Assembly: GCA_002269645.1 (NCBI GenBank)
Contig: NIVC01001242.1
Coordinates: 1-64,000 of the forward strand
Length of the DNA: 64,000 bases
DNA from: Macrostomum lignano
Lineage: Eukaryota
Direction: 5' to 3'
The position numbers were made by a program, and so were the translations under genes. The notes beneath the pieces are model-generated. The model saw nothing but the letters and a program-made list of their open reading frames with translations. It did not search any database and was not told the origin of the DNA. This document shows, in pieces, positions 11,778-30,839 of the stretch (position 1 is the stretch's first letter; every line of letters begins with the position of its first letter).

Positions 11778-14700
11778 ACTACTATATGAACCCGTAACGG
11801 TTGATTTTGGAGGTGGGGTGGGTGTCAACCCTCCTCGCCTCTCATTGGCTGGCGCCCCGATCACTAGGTGATCGATACCCGTATCGATATCGGCGCTCGG
11901 CGCGCGCGCGCCGTAGGCGCGTGGCGTCAAGCGCCGTCCAGCCGCAGGCGACCCTCCCCAGCCGCAGGCGCACCTACCGATATTAGATCCCAATAAATCA
12001 ATCAGATCCCAAATCAATCAGATCCCAAATCAATCAGATCCCAAGCGCACCCTCCCGAGCAGCAGGCGTCCATGCCGCAGGCGCCCCTCCCCGCCGCACG
12101 CGCCCTCCCCCGACATGTATGCCGCAGGCGCCCTCCCCGCCTCAGGCGCCCCTCCCGATATGTATGCGCACTCTCCCTATATGTACACCGATATGTATGC
12201 AGCAGGCGCCCCGAGTGTACACTCTCCCGATATGTGTGTACACCGATATGTAGTCATCGATACGGGCCTCTTCCCCTCTCTCACCTACATCTCAACTAGC
12301 GAAATCGAACCCAGGTCGCGCCCATACTAGGACACTACACGGTTGTGGGGTATAGGGAGCGAGAAGTTTCAACCCTAACGCTGACGCAGCCCTGTACAGT
12401 GAGAGTGTACGGGCAGAGAGGGGTGGGTGGACAGAGAACCAGCCACTAGGTTGTTATACTGTTGAAGCATAGGGAGCGAGAAGTTTTAACCCCGATGCTG
12501 ACGCAGCCCTGTACACTGAGCGTGTACGGGCAGAGGGTGGGTGGAAAGAGATGTGAACAACACAGCCTGCTACAGGAGCCGGATAGAGAGGCGCATGCTA
12601 GGACAGAGAGGTAGTGTGAGTCACACACACCCCACAGAGAAAGCCATACAGAGGATAGAGAGCTCCCTCCCCAGTTGCAGGGGACAGAGAGGCAGGCAGG
12701 GTATGCAGGGGCATGCGAACCGTCAAGGGGCCACGCGAGGATAGAGTGGAGGAGCAGAGATGTGTTTGGACAGAGAGCCAGCCACGTGTGCGTAGTGTGA
12801 GGGAACAGAAACATATGGAGCAGGAGGGAGATGGGGAGCAAACGCGCAGGGTAAGGGAGCCACACAGGGCGGTACAGTGAGACACGGGCAGGGGTGGAGC
12901 CGTGCGTGGACAGAGCTAAACGGCACGGTCAGCTGCAGGAATAGGATGATAGAGAGGCGCGGAGGGGGACAGAGAGCAGTGTGCAGGGGTAGGCAGCCAC
13001 GCAGGCTGGGGAACAGAGAGGCGCGTGTCAGCCAGTTGCAGCCCGGGACAGAGAAGTATGAAGGGGGGCCTGGGACAGAGTTGCGAGCAAGGCACAGAGA
13101 GAGGTAGGGTCTGGTAGCTATGTATAGACAGGGACCCACGCGAGGGCAGGACAGAGGAGTAGACATGCAAGTTGCATGCAAGGGCAGAGAGGTGTGCGCG
13201 GAGGGAGACAGAGAGCAGTGTGTAGGGGTAGGTAACAGCAAACTTTAGTAGAGGCGCGCGCGGGGACGGAGAAACCAGTCTGAGCGTACAGAGACGTTAC
13301 AGAGAGGTACACAAACAGAGAATACTAAAAAGCACATGTGTAGGGACAGAGACGTGAGGGAGAATCCACCAAAACACGCTATGTATTATCAAAAGTTGGT
13401 TTTAGTGCCGCATATTTAATAGTGGGTAGTATAATAGTATGTACATAGTAGGTATAATAGTAGTAATAATAGTAAGCATATTAGCCCAAAAGGTAGGCTA
13501 AAACTGCTAAACAGTGTACACATCCTCATCATCCCACAAGCCCCCTCTCCCGCCAGACTCACTCTTCCAAACCCTCCAGACTCCTGTATCCCAAACCCTC
13601 ATTGTATGTAAGGAAAATATAGTGTAAAAATTCAGATGTTAACCTCTAGACCGCTGAAATCAGGGCACACTAGAGGGGTTTCGAGGGTCTGCAAGCTCTA
13701 TGTAAGCTGCTCGAGGAGGTTCCAGGGGTGTCGGGAGGGTTTCCATTATGATTTTGAAAAAAAACTGGAGGCTTAAATACAACGTTTTATTCAAAAGCAG
13801 GTTATTTTAATGAAATAGCCAACACAACCATCGTCGAGAGTAGATTTTTATAAGAAACTAGGTATTACAGCAAAATAAACCTTCAAACCATATAAAATTG
13901 AATAAAAAGCAGACATAATAAATGGCAAGTATTTTAATAGAAAAGTAAGCGAATTAGTCACCCGGGGTGTACATCCGGCAGGGTGGGCGTCCAGCGAGTG
14001 TACATCTGACAGGATGGGTGTTCAGCAAGTGTACATCTGACAGGGTGGGCGTTCAGCAAGTGTACCTTCAGCGTCGAGTAGGTGTACACCCGTCAGTGGG
14101 GAACTCCGCCCCTCCCACCAATGTCGTGTGCATGCGGTTAGTCAGTATAGTGGTGGGGTAGACGGTGCAGGAAGGAAACCCAGATGCTGACGCTGCCCTG
14201 TACAGCGAGCAACCAGCCCTCCTGTAGCAGGAGGGGGACAGAGAGTGCGTGGAGGCAGTAGGAGATAGAGGACGCTACCCGGCATGTCGCAGCACGCGGC
14301 GCGGGACAGAGAGGCAGTGTGTAAGTCACCCCGCGGAGGGACAGAGAGCTGCCCTGGCAGGAGGCGCGGGACAGAGAGGCGGTGAATCACACCCCACGGA
14401 GAGAGCCGTACAGTGAGCTTCCCCACCCGAGTCCGGTAAATATTACAGAGTATTACGTGCACACGCCAGCCCTGAATACCAAGCCATACTAGTCTACCTG
14501 CAGTGCTCCCAGAGGGAAGGGATGGTCAGGAGTTACACACCAAGAATGCATTCATACAAAGAGTACACAACTCGAGCCCAGACACCAAGTCACAGTCTAC
14601 TTACAGTAGAGATGGTAGATTAATAGCAAGATTATATTACAATTAGACCTCCCTAGCACATGAGGAGTGAAATTCAATAATAATTGAATTCAATAATAAT

Positions 14701-15908
14701 ACAACATTTAGACGTAGTAATTTAATTACAAAATACCACTAACACTGAGTCAACGAATTGTAGGTTACAAAGGAGTTGCCACTCATATGGAAAGCCAGTA
14801 TAATGCAGGTGTATATTATTAAAACATAGACAAAAACGATGCAGACGTATATACACACTATTGATTTTGTACATGTACATTTCGGCATATTACCACACAT
14901 CGCGGGCACATATTATATATCGGGGGATAGGTTAAAATACACACATCGTAGATGTAGAAGCAGACACAATGCAGGAAAATTATGATACGAGTGTACATAT
15001 TAGTGCGTAAAAGTATCATATTATGACACCCTGTAGCACATATTGACATAATGCAGGGGAAAATATTGACAGAAATAGTACACAATTGTAGAGGTAACAA
15101 CCCGCCAACTAGTAAGGGCATCCAGCACTTGTTCAGGTTTTTATTATTTCGAGACGAGTGTCATGCCCCCGCAAGAGATCTTATCAGAAATTTGTTGAAC
15201 TCCACTGCAACTCTCCCCAGAGCCTCCAAATGTGAGTTTTTAACCCAGGGTCGAGTACAAAGGACCCGCCCCCAGAGCCAGGGCCGGGGGATCCTAGCGG
15301 AGACCAAGTACAGTGCGGACGGAGAGGGGTAACAGAAAGCGCTGCATCAGACCGCGGGGCTGCATTCCTCCCCCGAGGTAGGCGCGTCAGCTCCCACTCC
15401 TCATTTAACCATCAAGTAAACTAAAGAAGTCAAGCAGAAAGCCTTACAATCACCCGCAACCAGCACAAGTAAGAGTACTTTCCACTAGAGAGCCATAGTG
15501 CAAGATTCGGGAGAGTGCGCATACATATCGGGAGGGGCGCCTGAGGCGGGGAGGGCGCCTGCGGCATACATGTCGGGGGAGGGCGCGTGCGGCGGGGAGG
15601 GGCGCCTGCGGCATGGACGCCTGCTGCTCGGGAGGGTGCGCTTGGGATCTGATTGATTTGGGATCTGATTGATTTGGGATCTGATTGATTTATTGGGATC
15701 TAATATCGGTAGGTGCGCCTGCGGCTGGGGAGGGTCGCCTGCGGCTGGACGGCGCTTGACGCCACGCGCCTACGGCGCGCGCGCGCCGAGCGCCGATATC
15801 GATACGGGTATCGATCACCTAGTGATCGGGGCGCCAGCCAATGAGAGGCGAGGAGGGTTGACACCCACCCCACCTCCAAAATCAACCGTTACGGGTTCAT
15901 ATAGTAGT
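11778..15908. mobile_element. Non-autonomous DNA element, 4131 bp, 400-bp TIRs, 6-bp TSD (Polinton/Maverick-like architecture)
   Basis: 11778-12177 is the reverse complement of 15509-15908. Termini ACTACTATATG...CATATAGTAGT; ACCGTT direct repeat at 11772-11777 and 15909-15914. No recognisable coding region inside. Confidence 0.85.
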
Positions 15909-16516
15909 ACCGTTAGTGATATGAAATACCCCAACTTAAAAGTCTTTAAAAAATATTTAAAATTTTTTCGCCCCAATCCGGGGTTGTAGGTATATAAGTT
16001 TTCCATGCAATTTTTGGCTGCGAAAATACTTGAAAATGCTATCATGGAGTTTTTATGGTTAAATCTGTCTTCCCATTATAGTAATTCGTTAATAATAATC
16101 ATAAGGTAATTTCTACACTAGCTTTATACCCCAGTGCTGGCAACGTTTTATTGGCATGAAAAATAAAATTTCAGCTGTTGATATGGCCTTGGAAACTTCG
16201 AAAAAAATACCTGGCTAACTCAGTATTTATTATATACATTAAATTGGCATACATACCAAGGACGACTTAAGTAGAATTGACGGGAGACCTCGTTTCTTAG
16301 AAAATTTAAAAGGTAGGTTTTTCCGAAAAAAAATACACTACGGAGATAGGAAGTTTTCATTTTTTCAACACAAAAACTGCTATTGCTTTTGATAGGAGGC
16401 AGATCCAGTGTTCATTTTTTGATATGTTGTGCCTTTTTTATTGCTCTCTATCGATATTCATAAAGCTTTTCGTTCAGAAAATTAGGTTAATCACATTATA
16501 ACATTCATAAATAGCT

Positions 16517-17190
16517 CAACAACAACAACAACAAACTACAACAAACTACAACAACCCTGGGCAAGCCAACTAAATTGGGTTGCTGTCAAAATGCGCGCGC
16601 AAGCGCAGATTTGCGCAGAATAGCGAGTCCGCGGGGATCGGAGATTTCAGCGTCTCTTAAAAGCAGGTCGACAAAACGCAGACTTCTCGCCTGACCAAGC
16701 CGGCGCGGCCCTTGGAGGGAGAGCAGCAGCACGTCTGGAAGCGGCTCAAGGCAGCACTGCTCTGCCAAGATGACGTGGCCGGCCAGCTGTAGGTGCCGGA
16801 TGCGCAGCAGCTGGCTGGGTCGGGAGAGCTGGGCCCGTCGGTATAACTCGTCGGTGTCCACGTTTCAGCGTTGTAAAGGAGGACGGTTTCAGTGACGGCC
16901 TGGAACAGCCGCCCTCTCAGCCGATCCGGCAGCGCGGCCGGCTCTGCAGGACAGTCCGCACGGTGCGGAATGCGCCCCAGGCAAGCGCCCTGCGCCGTGC
17001 CGTGTCCCCCATGATGCTTGGCGCCAGACCACCGAGGTAGACGATCACTCTTTGCAGCGGGCCAGCAACGCCACCGCCCGTTCGTGCAGCGGCAGTAGAT
17101 CTCAGCTGGGAGGTTCGTCGGCACGGTCAGCACCATCGTCTTTTTGGTATTCGCGGACAGTCCGAAATGGTCCAACTGGAACTCGCTCAC
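16517..17190 (-). mobile_element. Non-LTR retrotransposon 3' fragment (RT C-terminus, RTE-like) with (TTG)n tail
   Basis: Frameshifted FGLSANTKKTMVL...VYLGGLAPSIMGDTARRRALAWGAF...LFQAVTETVLLYNAETWT; CAA microsatellite at 16517-16554. Confidence 0.8.
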
Positions 17191-17425
17191 CAACAGTCCC
17201 TAGGCAAAAGCAAATTCACCAGTTGCATGAGCAACTTTACAAGTATTGTGCAATGGACAATTGGAAACACTAGCTCATGTTCTCAACATACATATTTTCT
17301 AATTATTCGTACTGATTTAAATTGACCTTCACGCTGAGCTAATGCCAATGACTCTAGAAACCACTAGAGTCATTTGCAATTCTCATTACGATTAATTCGA
17401 ATTATGATTAATTCGGTTTGTCGAC

Positions 17426-17990
17426 GTGACATCAAGCGTCTGCCTAGTTGTCAACACGCTGAAGTCCAAGGTGCTGACCATCCTAGCCGATATCCCAACG
17501 GAGCTGCCATGCCGCTGCGAAGACGGGCAGATGATTATAGGCTCGAGAACTGCCAGTGGAACACCTACCTCGGAGGTCTGGTACCCACCCGGCGCCAGGA
17601 CGACATCCGGCGCTCGAAAGGACAGTCCTGGATGGCCCACAGGTCGATTCGCTGCCCGACCGATTGCCAGAGGGCTCGGCTGTGGCAGGCGGTGGTAGTC
17701 GAGACCGTCCTGTTCTACACTGCCGAGACGTGGACTTTAGCGGCCACGCTGGAGGGGCAGCTGGACTTGACGCCTTTTAAGCTGATGAGAGTGTCCGGTC
17801 CGAAGACCTGTAACAGAGGACTTAGCTACAGCGCCCATCCACCATCCTGCACCGGCGGCAACGTCAACTGGTAAGCCACGTGAACCGGGTTGAGAGCTAC
17901 TGCCTTCAAGCCCGTTCAGGATGTCCTGCTGCTCACTTTGCCGGGACCGCTTAGGTGGGGTCAAGCGAGGACCCGAGGTACGTAGACTGC
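17426..17990 (+). mobile_element. Second, diverged non-LTR RT C-terminal fragment
   Basis: LVVNTLKSKVL...YLGGLVP...RARLWQAVVVETVLFYTAETWTL, frameshifted. Confidence 0.75.
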
Positions 17991-18300
17991 ATCCTGAGCG
18001 ACGCTGGGGCGCCAGACACCTTCAATTGGCTTTACAAGTTCGCTCGCTGACGCATCGATTTGACATCTGATGCTCTCTCCACTAACTGGGGGACTAAGTA
18101 TTTTGATGTTGTTGCTTTTTCTATTTCGATACCTATCGGTGCAAACCATTTTTTTGTTATTGCTAGTGCAGACTGCTCTTTTTTGACATACGCGTCTTAT
18201 GGTTATATGTGCGTCTATAATGGCTCATTTCTCTTTGTTTGCTAAAATTTTGATCGATAAAAGGTAATTCATTTTAATTTTTTCTGTCCACTTGTAAGTA

Positions 18301-18455
18301 TGGCGTCAACAATGTCACTCTATCGGAGGCCGGGCGACCAGTTTAGTGAAGGAGAGACGTACAGGCCCCGGGGGTACACCCAGCAGGCAAAAGTCTCCGC
18401 GTCGAGCAGTAGAGAGTTCGCACTCGAGAATAAACGGGTAAGCCCAGCTAATACA
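18301..18455 (+). pseudogene. 5'-truncated, diverged 7SL RNA copy (S domain only)
   Basis: Aligns to about 30660-30820 (GGAGAGACGTAC...GGGGGTACACCCAGCAGGCAAAAGTCTCCGCGTCGAGCAGTAGAG); lacks the Alu-domain 5' end. Confidence 0.85.
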
Positions 18456-18832
18456 AGCTATAAAATGTAGCTACAGCACTATAATTTTTTGCAGTTTCTC
18501 TTTGTAAACAATGCTACCCTACGGTTTTATAGTATCATTAAGTTCCAGGTTGTCATGATGCATTCCAGATGCATTTCAGAAGATGCAAGAAGTTTTTTAC
18601 ATGTACTTTAAATAGTATAAGGAAAGTAAAATGTATAGTTGTTAAGACGTATTTTTTTTCAAAAGGATGCAAACTGGGATGTGATCAGGCACAAGTATTT
18701 GTTCAAAGTACGAGCGCTCGTAAAATTTTGGTGAAAAGTTTTAGGATTGAAAGCATATTTACAATTAATAGGATTTCTAAAACAATGGCAGCATGATTGT
18801 TCGCAACAAACATATTGAAAGTTATTGAATGC

Positions 18833-25682
<6,850 letters not shown>

Positions 25683-26339
25683 TCTTGACGAGCTCAGAGC
25701 CAATGATTATGTAGTTTAAAACTTGAAAGTATTTGAGCAGCATGAAAAGACAAATTGAAACAATCTAAATTAGTAGAAATACAGGAAATTAGTATATAGG
25801 ATTTATAAATATGAAAATAATCAACAATGAAGAAGGAATCAAATAGTTAAAAGCAGTCACAGGTATATTTTCAAGTAGCAAGCTGGGGCTCAAAGCAAAG
25901 AAAAAACGAATTTTTCGAAGCCAAAAAAATAGAATTTCTTTATAGGAGCGAACTAATACTGCAAATTAAAATGCACATCGAAAAGACGTTGATTTTTTTA
26001 GTTAAGATCAGCTGTTTAAACAGAAAAACCGAAATTATTTACTTTTATTGTCGTAAATCATTTTAAAACAATTTTGAACTTATGCTACTAGTTTACAGAG
26101 CTATTAAGTAGTCAGATTATGACATTTGAAAGCTTAAATCTTTTGTGGTTCATATAAAAGCTTGATTATAGGAGCTAAAATTGTGCCAGTTTGACACTTG
26201 TTCGCCTGGACTTGAAGCAGCATGGCAGGGGAGCCTGTAAATTTAAAAGAAAACATACTTTAGTCTAGTACAGTTTCATTGCTTTTAATAAACAAAAACT
26301 GATGCTCAATGATACTAGCTAGAGCGAAAAGCAAGTGGG

Positions 26340-26990
26340 AGGTTCATTTCACATTTCTTGACTTACATGACTCAGCTGCGGGGGGCTCTGGACATCAAGA
26401 TAAAGTGGGAAGGCGTCGACGCCCATTCCGCAAACCCCTGGTGACCACGGGCAGCTGGTGCTGCGGTGTCGCGCAGGGAGATCTGGTGGTGCCGGTGTAC
26501 CCAGCGCGGTCTCCCTCTGGAGAGTCCAGGAAGTGGATTGTCGCTCGCCCGGTAGCCCTCAGATACCGGACGAGCTGGCAGAGATTCTCGGACCTGAAAA
26601 CGTTGGAGAGGTCCGGGTTTGGGCTGAGGTAGGTGAGCCTCTCCTGAGTTAAGGCGGAATAAAGTGCTCCGCATTTTCAACACCGGAGATTCAGAATGGG
26701 CATTCCCCACTATCGATTTTTACCTGCGGAGGGTGGGGGAAAGACAAGGGAACGGCCGCTCCGAATTCACCTCTTCCTGTGCTTTGAACTCACCAACTGG
26801 TGAATGCGAGTGATGACAACAAAGGCTGGAGTAGAGGCTACGGTCAACGGAGCAGTAAAAGATCCGGTCGAGCCAGCCTTGGCCAGGCGATCGGCCAACT
26901 AGTTGCCGGGTTGGCCCGAGTGCCCGGGGATCCACGTAGGGATACCTTGTTGGAGGTGTCGTAGACTAGTAGACTGTCCGAGGGGAAGGT
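26340..26990 (-). mobile_element. I/R1-group LINE 3' fragment (RNase H end plus degenerate Zn-finger region)
   Basis: WIPGHSGQPGN*LADRLAKAGS (RNase H C-terminal motif) followed by ...[13 protein letters not shown]...; contains stops. Confidence 0.7.
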
Positions 26991-27195
26991 ACTGGTAAAT
27001 GTCCTTCCGCCAGACACGCTGATTGTTTTATGGAACTATAAAAAGCTTAAATAATAGCTACAAATCATTCCTACGTATCACTCTAGCTCCCATTCTCCCA
27101 GTTAGTTTTACATGTAGAAACAGCGCTTCTACTTGAAACCCTTACAAGGATCCAGGGAATGTAGCTAAGGAAAAGAAAGGAAAGGAAACTGAAAA

Positions 27196-27967
27196 TGCTG
27201 GCGCCCCTGGTGCTGGCGCCCCTGGTGCTGGCGCCCCTGGTGCTGGCGCCCCTGGTGCTGGCGCCCCTGGTGCTGGCGCCCCTGGTGCTGGCGCCCCTGG
27301 TGCTGGCGCCCCTGGTGCTGGCGCCCCTGGTGCTGGCGCCCCTGGTGCTGGCGCCCCTGGTGCTGGCGCCCCTGGTGCTGGCGCCCCTGGTGCTGGCGCC
27401 CCTGGTGCTGGCGCCCCTGGTGCTGGCGCCCCTGGTGCTGGCGCCCCTGGTGCTGGCGCCCCTGGTGCTGGCGCCCCTGGTGCTGGCGCCCCTGGTGCTG
27501 GCGCCCCTGGTGCTGGCGCCCCTGGTGCTGGCGCCCCTGGTGCTGGCGCCCCTGGTGCTGGCGCCCCTGGTGCTGGCGCCCCTGGTGCTGGCGCCCCTGG
27601 TGCTGGCGCCCCTGGTGCTGGCGCCCCTGGTGCTGGCGCCCCTGGTGCTGGCGCCCCTGGTGCTGGCGCCCCTGGTGCTGGCGCCCCTGGTGCTGGCGCC
27701 CCTGGTGCTGGCGCCCCTGGTGCTGGCGCCCCTGGTGCTGGCGCCCCTGGTGCTGGCGCCCCTGGTGCTGGCGCCCCTGGTGCTGGCGCCCCTGGTGCTG
27801 GCGCCCCTGGTGCTGGCGCCCCTGGTGCTAAAGCCCCTGGTGCTAAAGCCCCTGGTGCTGGCGCCCCTGGTGCTGGCGCCCCTGGTGCTGGCGCCCCTGG
27901 TGCTAAAGCCCCTGGTGCTAAAGCCCCTGGTGCTAAAGCCCCTGGTGCTGGCGCCCCTGGTGCTAAA
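27196..27967 (+). repeat. 15-bp satellite, array 2
   Basis: GGCGCC units followed by AAAGCC units. Confidence 0.95.
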
Positions 27968-28973
27968 ATCTCTGGATCTAATAGTTGATTTTGAGCCGCT
28001 GTTCTGATCGTCAGCTTTTAATTTCTAGCAAATTTAGCCGCACATTAGCACTAGCTACTAAATTAACGCTGGACTAAGTGTTCAATGCAGGTACTCGAAA
28101 ATAAACTAAAAACTAAAAAACATACCAAAAATCGCTAATAGTTTTTCTAGGAATTATGTATGCAATTTATTGCAGTGGTATGTATTATTTACATTCATAA
28201 TATGAAGTCTTTAAGGGTAATATTCAACTTAATGAATACTTAAACAGTGAGTTACCTTTAGCTCGTAATACCATCGGTATTATTTAGGTTATCGTTAATC
28301 TCCTTAGTGCTGCAGCAAGACGCTGTCCTTATTGACAGGCAGGCAGGTAAAGTCTGCAGTTAAAGGTAAAGTATACGACTAAATTGGGTAGCCTTAAGCT
28401 CGCACAATACCCCCTTGAAAAGGGTACTCACTCAAAGCAATGCAATTTTCTACGCTTTATAAGAAAGACACATTGCTGCCCGAGAGCCTCTACACATGAG
28501 AGTGAAACGAAAAATGTACAGTTAGATTTTAGGATGTAGGATATGCTCAGCTTGAGTTTACTGTACATTCTCAGTCTCACGCTGAGATGTTTTGCTGAAA
28601 TTCTAAAAATACGGGCAGAGCTATTGTCTTGTGGGTTAATTGCATTTTGGCGAGATTCCGTCAGTAATATTTAAAGAGATGCGCAAACAAAAATTGTATT
28701 GTACAGCAAGTCCATCTGACCTAGTCTGTATGGTCACTGCTGCTTTTAATAAATTGCAGTGCGCTCGGATTCTATACGAATATTTGAACAAGGGACCTGG
28801 AAATTATCCACATCATGTGCAATTAGCTATTTTGTCCCAAGAAAGGGCAGTGCCACGCAATCGCATTAGCTCATTGGAGTAACAAAACTTGGTAACTGCA
28901 AATTGACCGATATGTAATCAGGTGCAGTAGATTGTCAGTAGACTGAAAACTGTCTGAATACCTGCTTAATTGT

Positions 28974-29684
28974 AGGGGCTTTAGCACCAGAAGCTTTAGC
29001 ACCAGAAGCTTTAGCACCAGGGGCTTTAGCACCAGGGGCTTTAGCACCAGGGGCTTTCGCACCAGGGGCTTTAGCACCAGGGGCTTTAGCACCAGGGGCT
29101 TTAGCACCAGGGGCTTTAGCACCAGGGGCTTTAGCACCAGGGGCTTTAGCACCAGGGGCTTTAGCACCAGGGGCTTTAGCACCAGGGGCTTTAGCACCAG
29201 GGGCGCCAGCACCAGGGGCTTTAGCACCAGGGGCTTTAGCACCAGGGGCTTTAGCACCAGGGGCTTTAGCACCAGGGGCTTTAGCACCAGGGGCTTTAGC
29301 ACCAGGGGCTTTAGCACCAGGGGCTTTAGCACCAGGGGCTTTAGCACCAGGGGCGCCAGCACCAGGGGCTTTAGCACCAGGGGCTTTAGCACCAGGGGCT
29401 TTAGCACCAGGGGCTTTAGCACCAGGGGCTTTAGCACCAGGGGCGCCAGCACCAGGGGCGCCAGCACCAGGGGCGCCAGCACCAGGGGCGCCAGCACCAG
29501 GGGCGCCAGCACCAGGGGCGCCAGCACCAGGGGCGCCAGCACCAGGGGCGCCAGCACCAGGGGCGCCAGCACCAGGGGCGCCAGCACCAGGGGCGCCAGC
29601 ACCAGGGGCGCCAGCACCAGGGGCGCCAGCACCAGGGGCGCCAGCACCAGGGGCGCCAGCACCAGGGGCGCCAGCACCAGGGGC
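28974..29684 (-). repeat. 15-bp satellite, array 3 (inverted relative to array 2)
   Basis: On the + strand, AAAGCC-type units come first, then GGCGCC-type units. Confidence 0.95.
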
Positions 29685-30540
29685 TTATCATTCTTGAGAA
29701 GGCATCAAAAGTTAATACTTTTACACAGAATGCCTTGAAAAATGTTTAAAAATGTTGAGAAAGCAATACCTATTAGCTGAATAATTCAGTATTTACTATA
29801 TATAAAATAGAAATTATATAAATTAGAAAATTGTCCACACAAGCACAGGGTAATCATCTTTAATTTTCCTCAATAACTCAGCCGGAACTCGCTCACCGAT
29901 AGACACTGGGCAAACTCAAATTCACCTGCTGCACGAACTACAGTACAAGCATTGTGCAATGGAGAAGTGGAAGCACATGCACCATTTTTAATTTTCTAAT
30001 TGTTCGTACTGATTTAAATTGATTAGTTCTCGCTTATCTATTCCAGGTATACCCGTATCTAGAAACTACTAGAGTTTTTATAGCGATTTTCATAACCAAT
30101 TTTATGCACTTCGATACAAATCGGTTCAAACCGTTTTTATAGAATATTGCAAAATCTGGCTGCTTTCCCTTCAAAATACGCATCATAGTTATTTTTGTGT
30201 CTTTTTATTCATTTATTTTTATTTCGTGCCTATTACAGTGCCAGTTATATGGTATTCAATTAATTTTTTAGTAAATTACATCGATATTGCTATATTCAGG
30301 TTGCGTTACTATCACCTAATCAACAACTTAGATCAAAGGGCTTTAGTTGTTCTTCGAAAAATGCAAAAGATAATCAATCACTACATGCTCAAAGCAGAAA
30401 TAAAAAATATGACTTTCAAATATTTAGTTTTTAAAGGGTTAGAATATAAAATAATGTCAATATTCGAATAAAATATATCGAAAAGCGCTATTTACACTAC
30501 TTTTCTCCTTTAAATATCACCTCTGACACCCCAATGAATG

Positions 30541-30839
30541 GCCGGGCGTAGTGGCGTGCGTCTGTAATCCAGCTACCTGGAGGCCGGGTAACGGAACGGC
30601 TTGAGGCTGGGAGTCCTGTCTGCCGACGCTCTATGTTGATCAGGTGTCCACTCTAAGCCTGGCGTCAACATGGTCACCCTGGCGGAGGCCGGGGCGGCCA
30701 GGTTAGCCAAGGAGAGACGTACCGGCCCAGGGGGTACACCCAGCAGGCAAAAGTCTCCGCGTCGAGCAGTAGAGGGATCGCACCCGTGAATAGGCGTCGG
30801 CAGGTAGCCTAGCTAATACAGACGGACTGTAACCTTTTT
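30541..30839 (+). ncRNA. 7SL: 7SL (SRP) RNA gene
   Basis: About 300 nt starting GCCGGGCGTAGTGGCGTGCGTCTGTAATCCAGCTAC (Alu domain), S-domain CAGCAGGCAAAAGTCTCCGCGTCGAGCAGTAG, and a T5 Pol III terminator. Confidence 0.93.

Noticed and set aside
14858-15121. Cys-rich ORF inside the TIR element resembling a RING finger
   Set aside because: Cys/His spacing does not fit RING, and the Cys content follows from TG-rich composition.
28640-28882. 80-aa ORF in the spacer of the foldback-like structure as a possible transposase remnant
   Set aside because: No DDE or other transposase motif recognisable.
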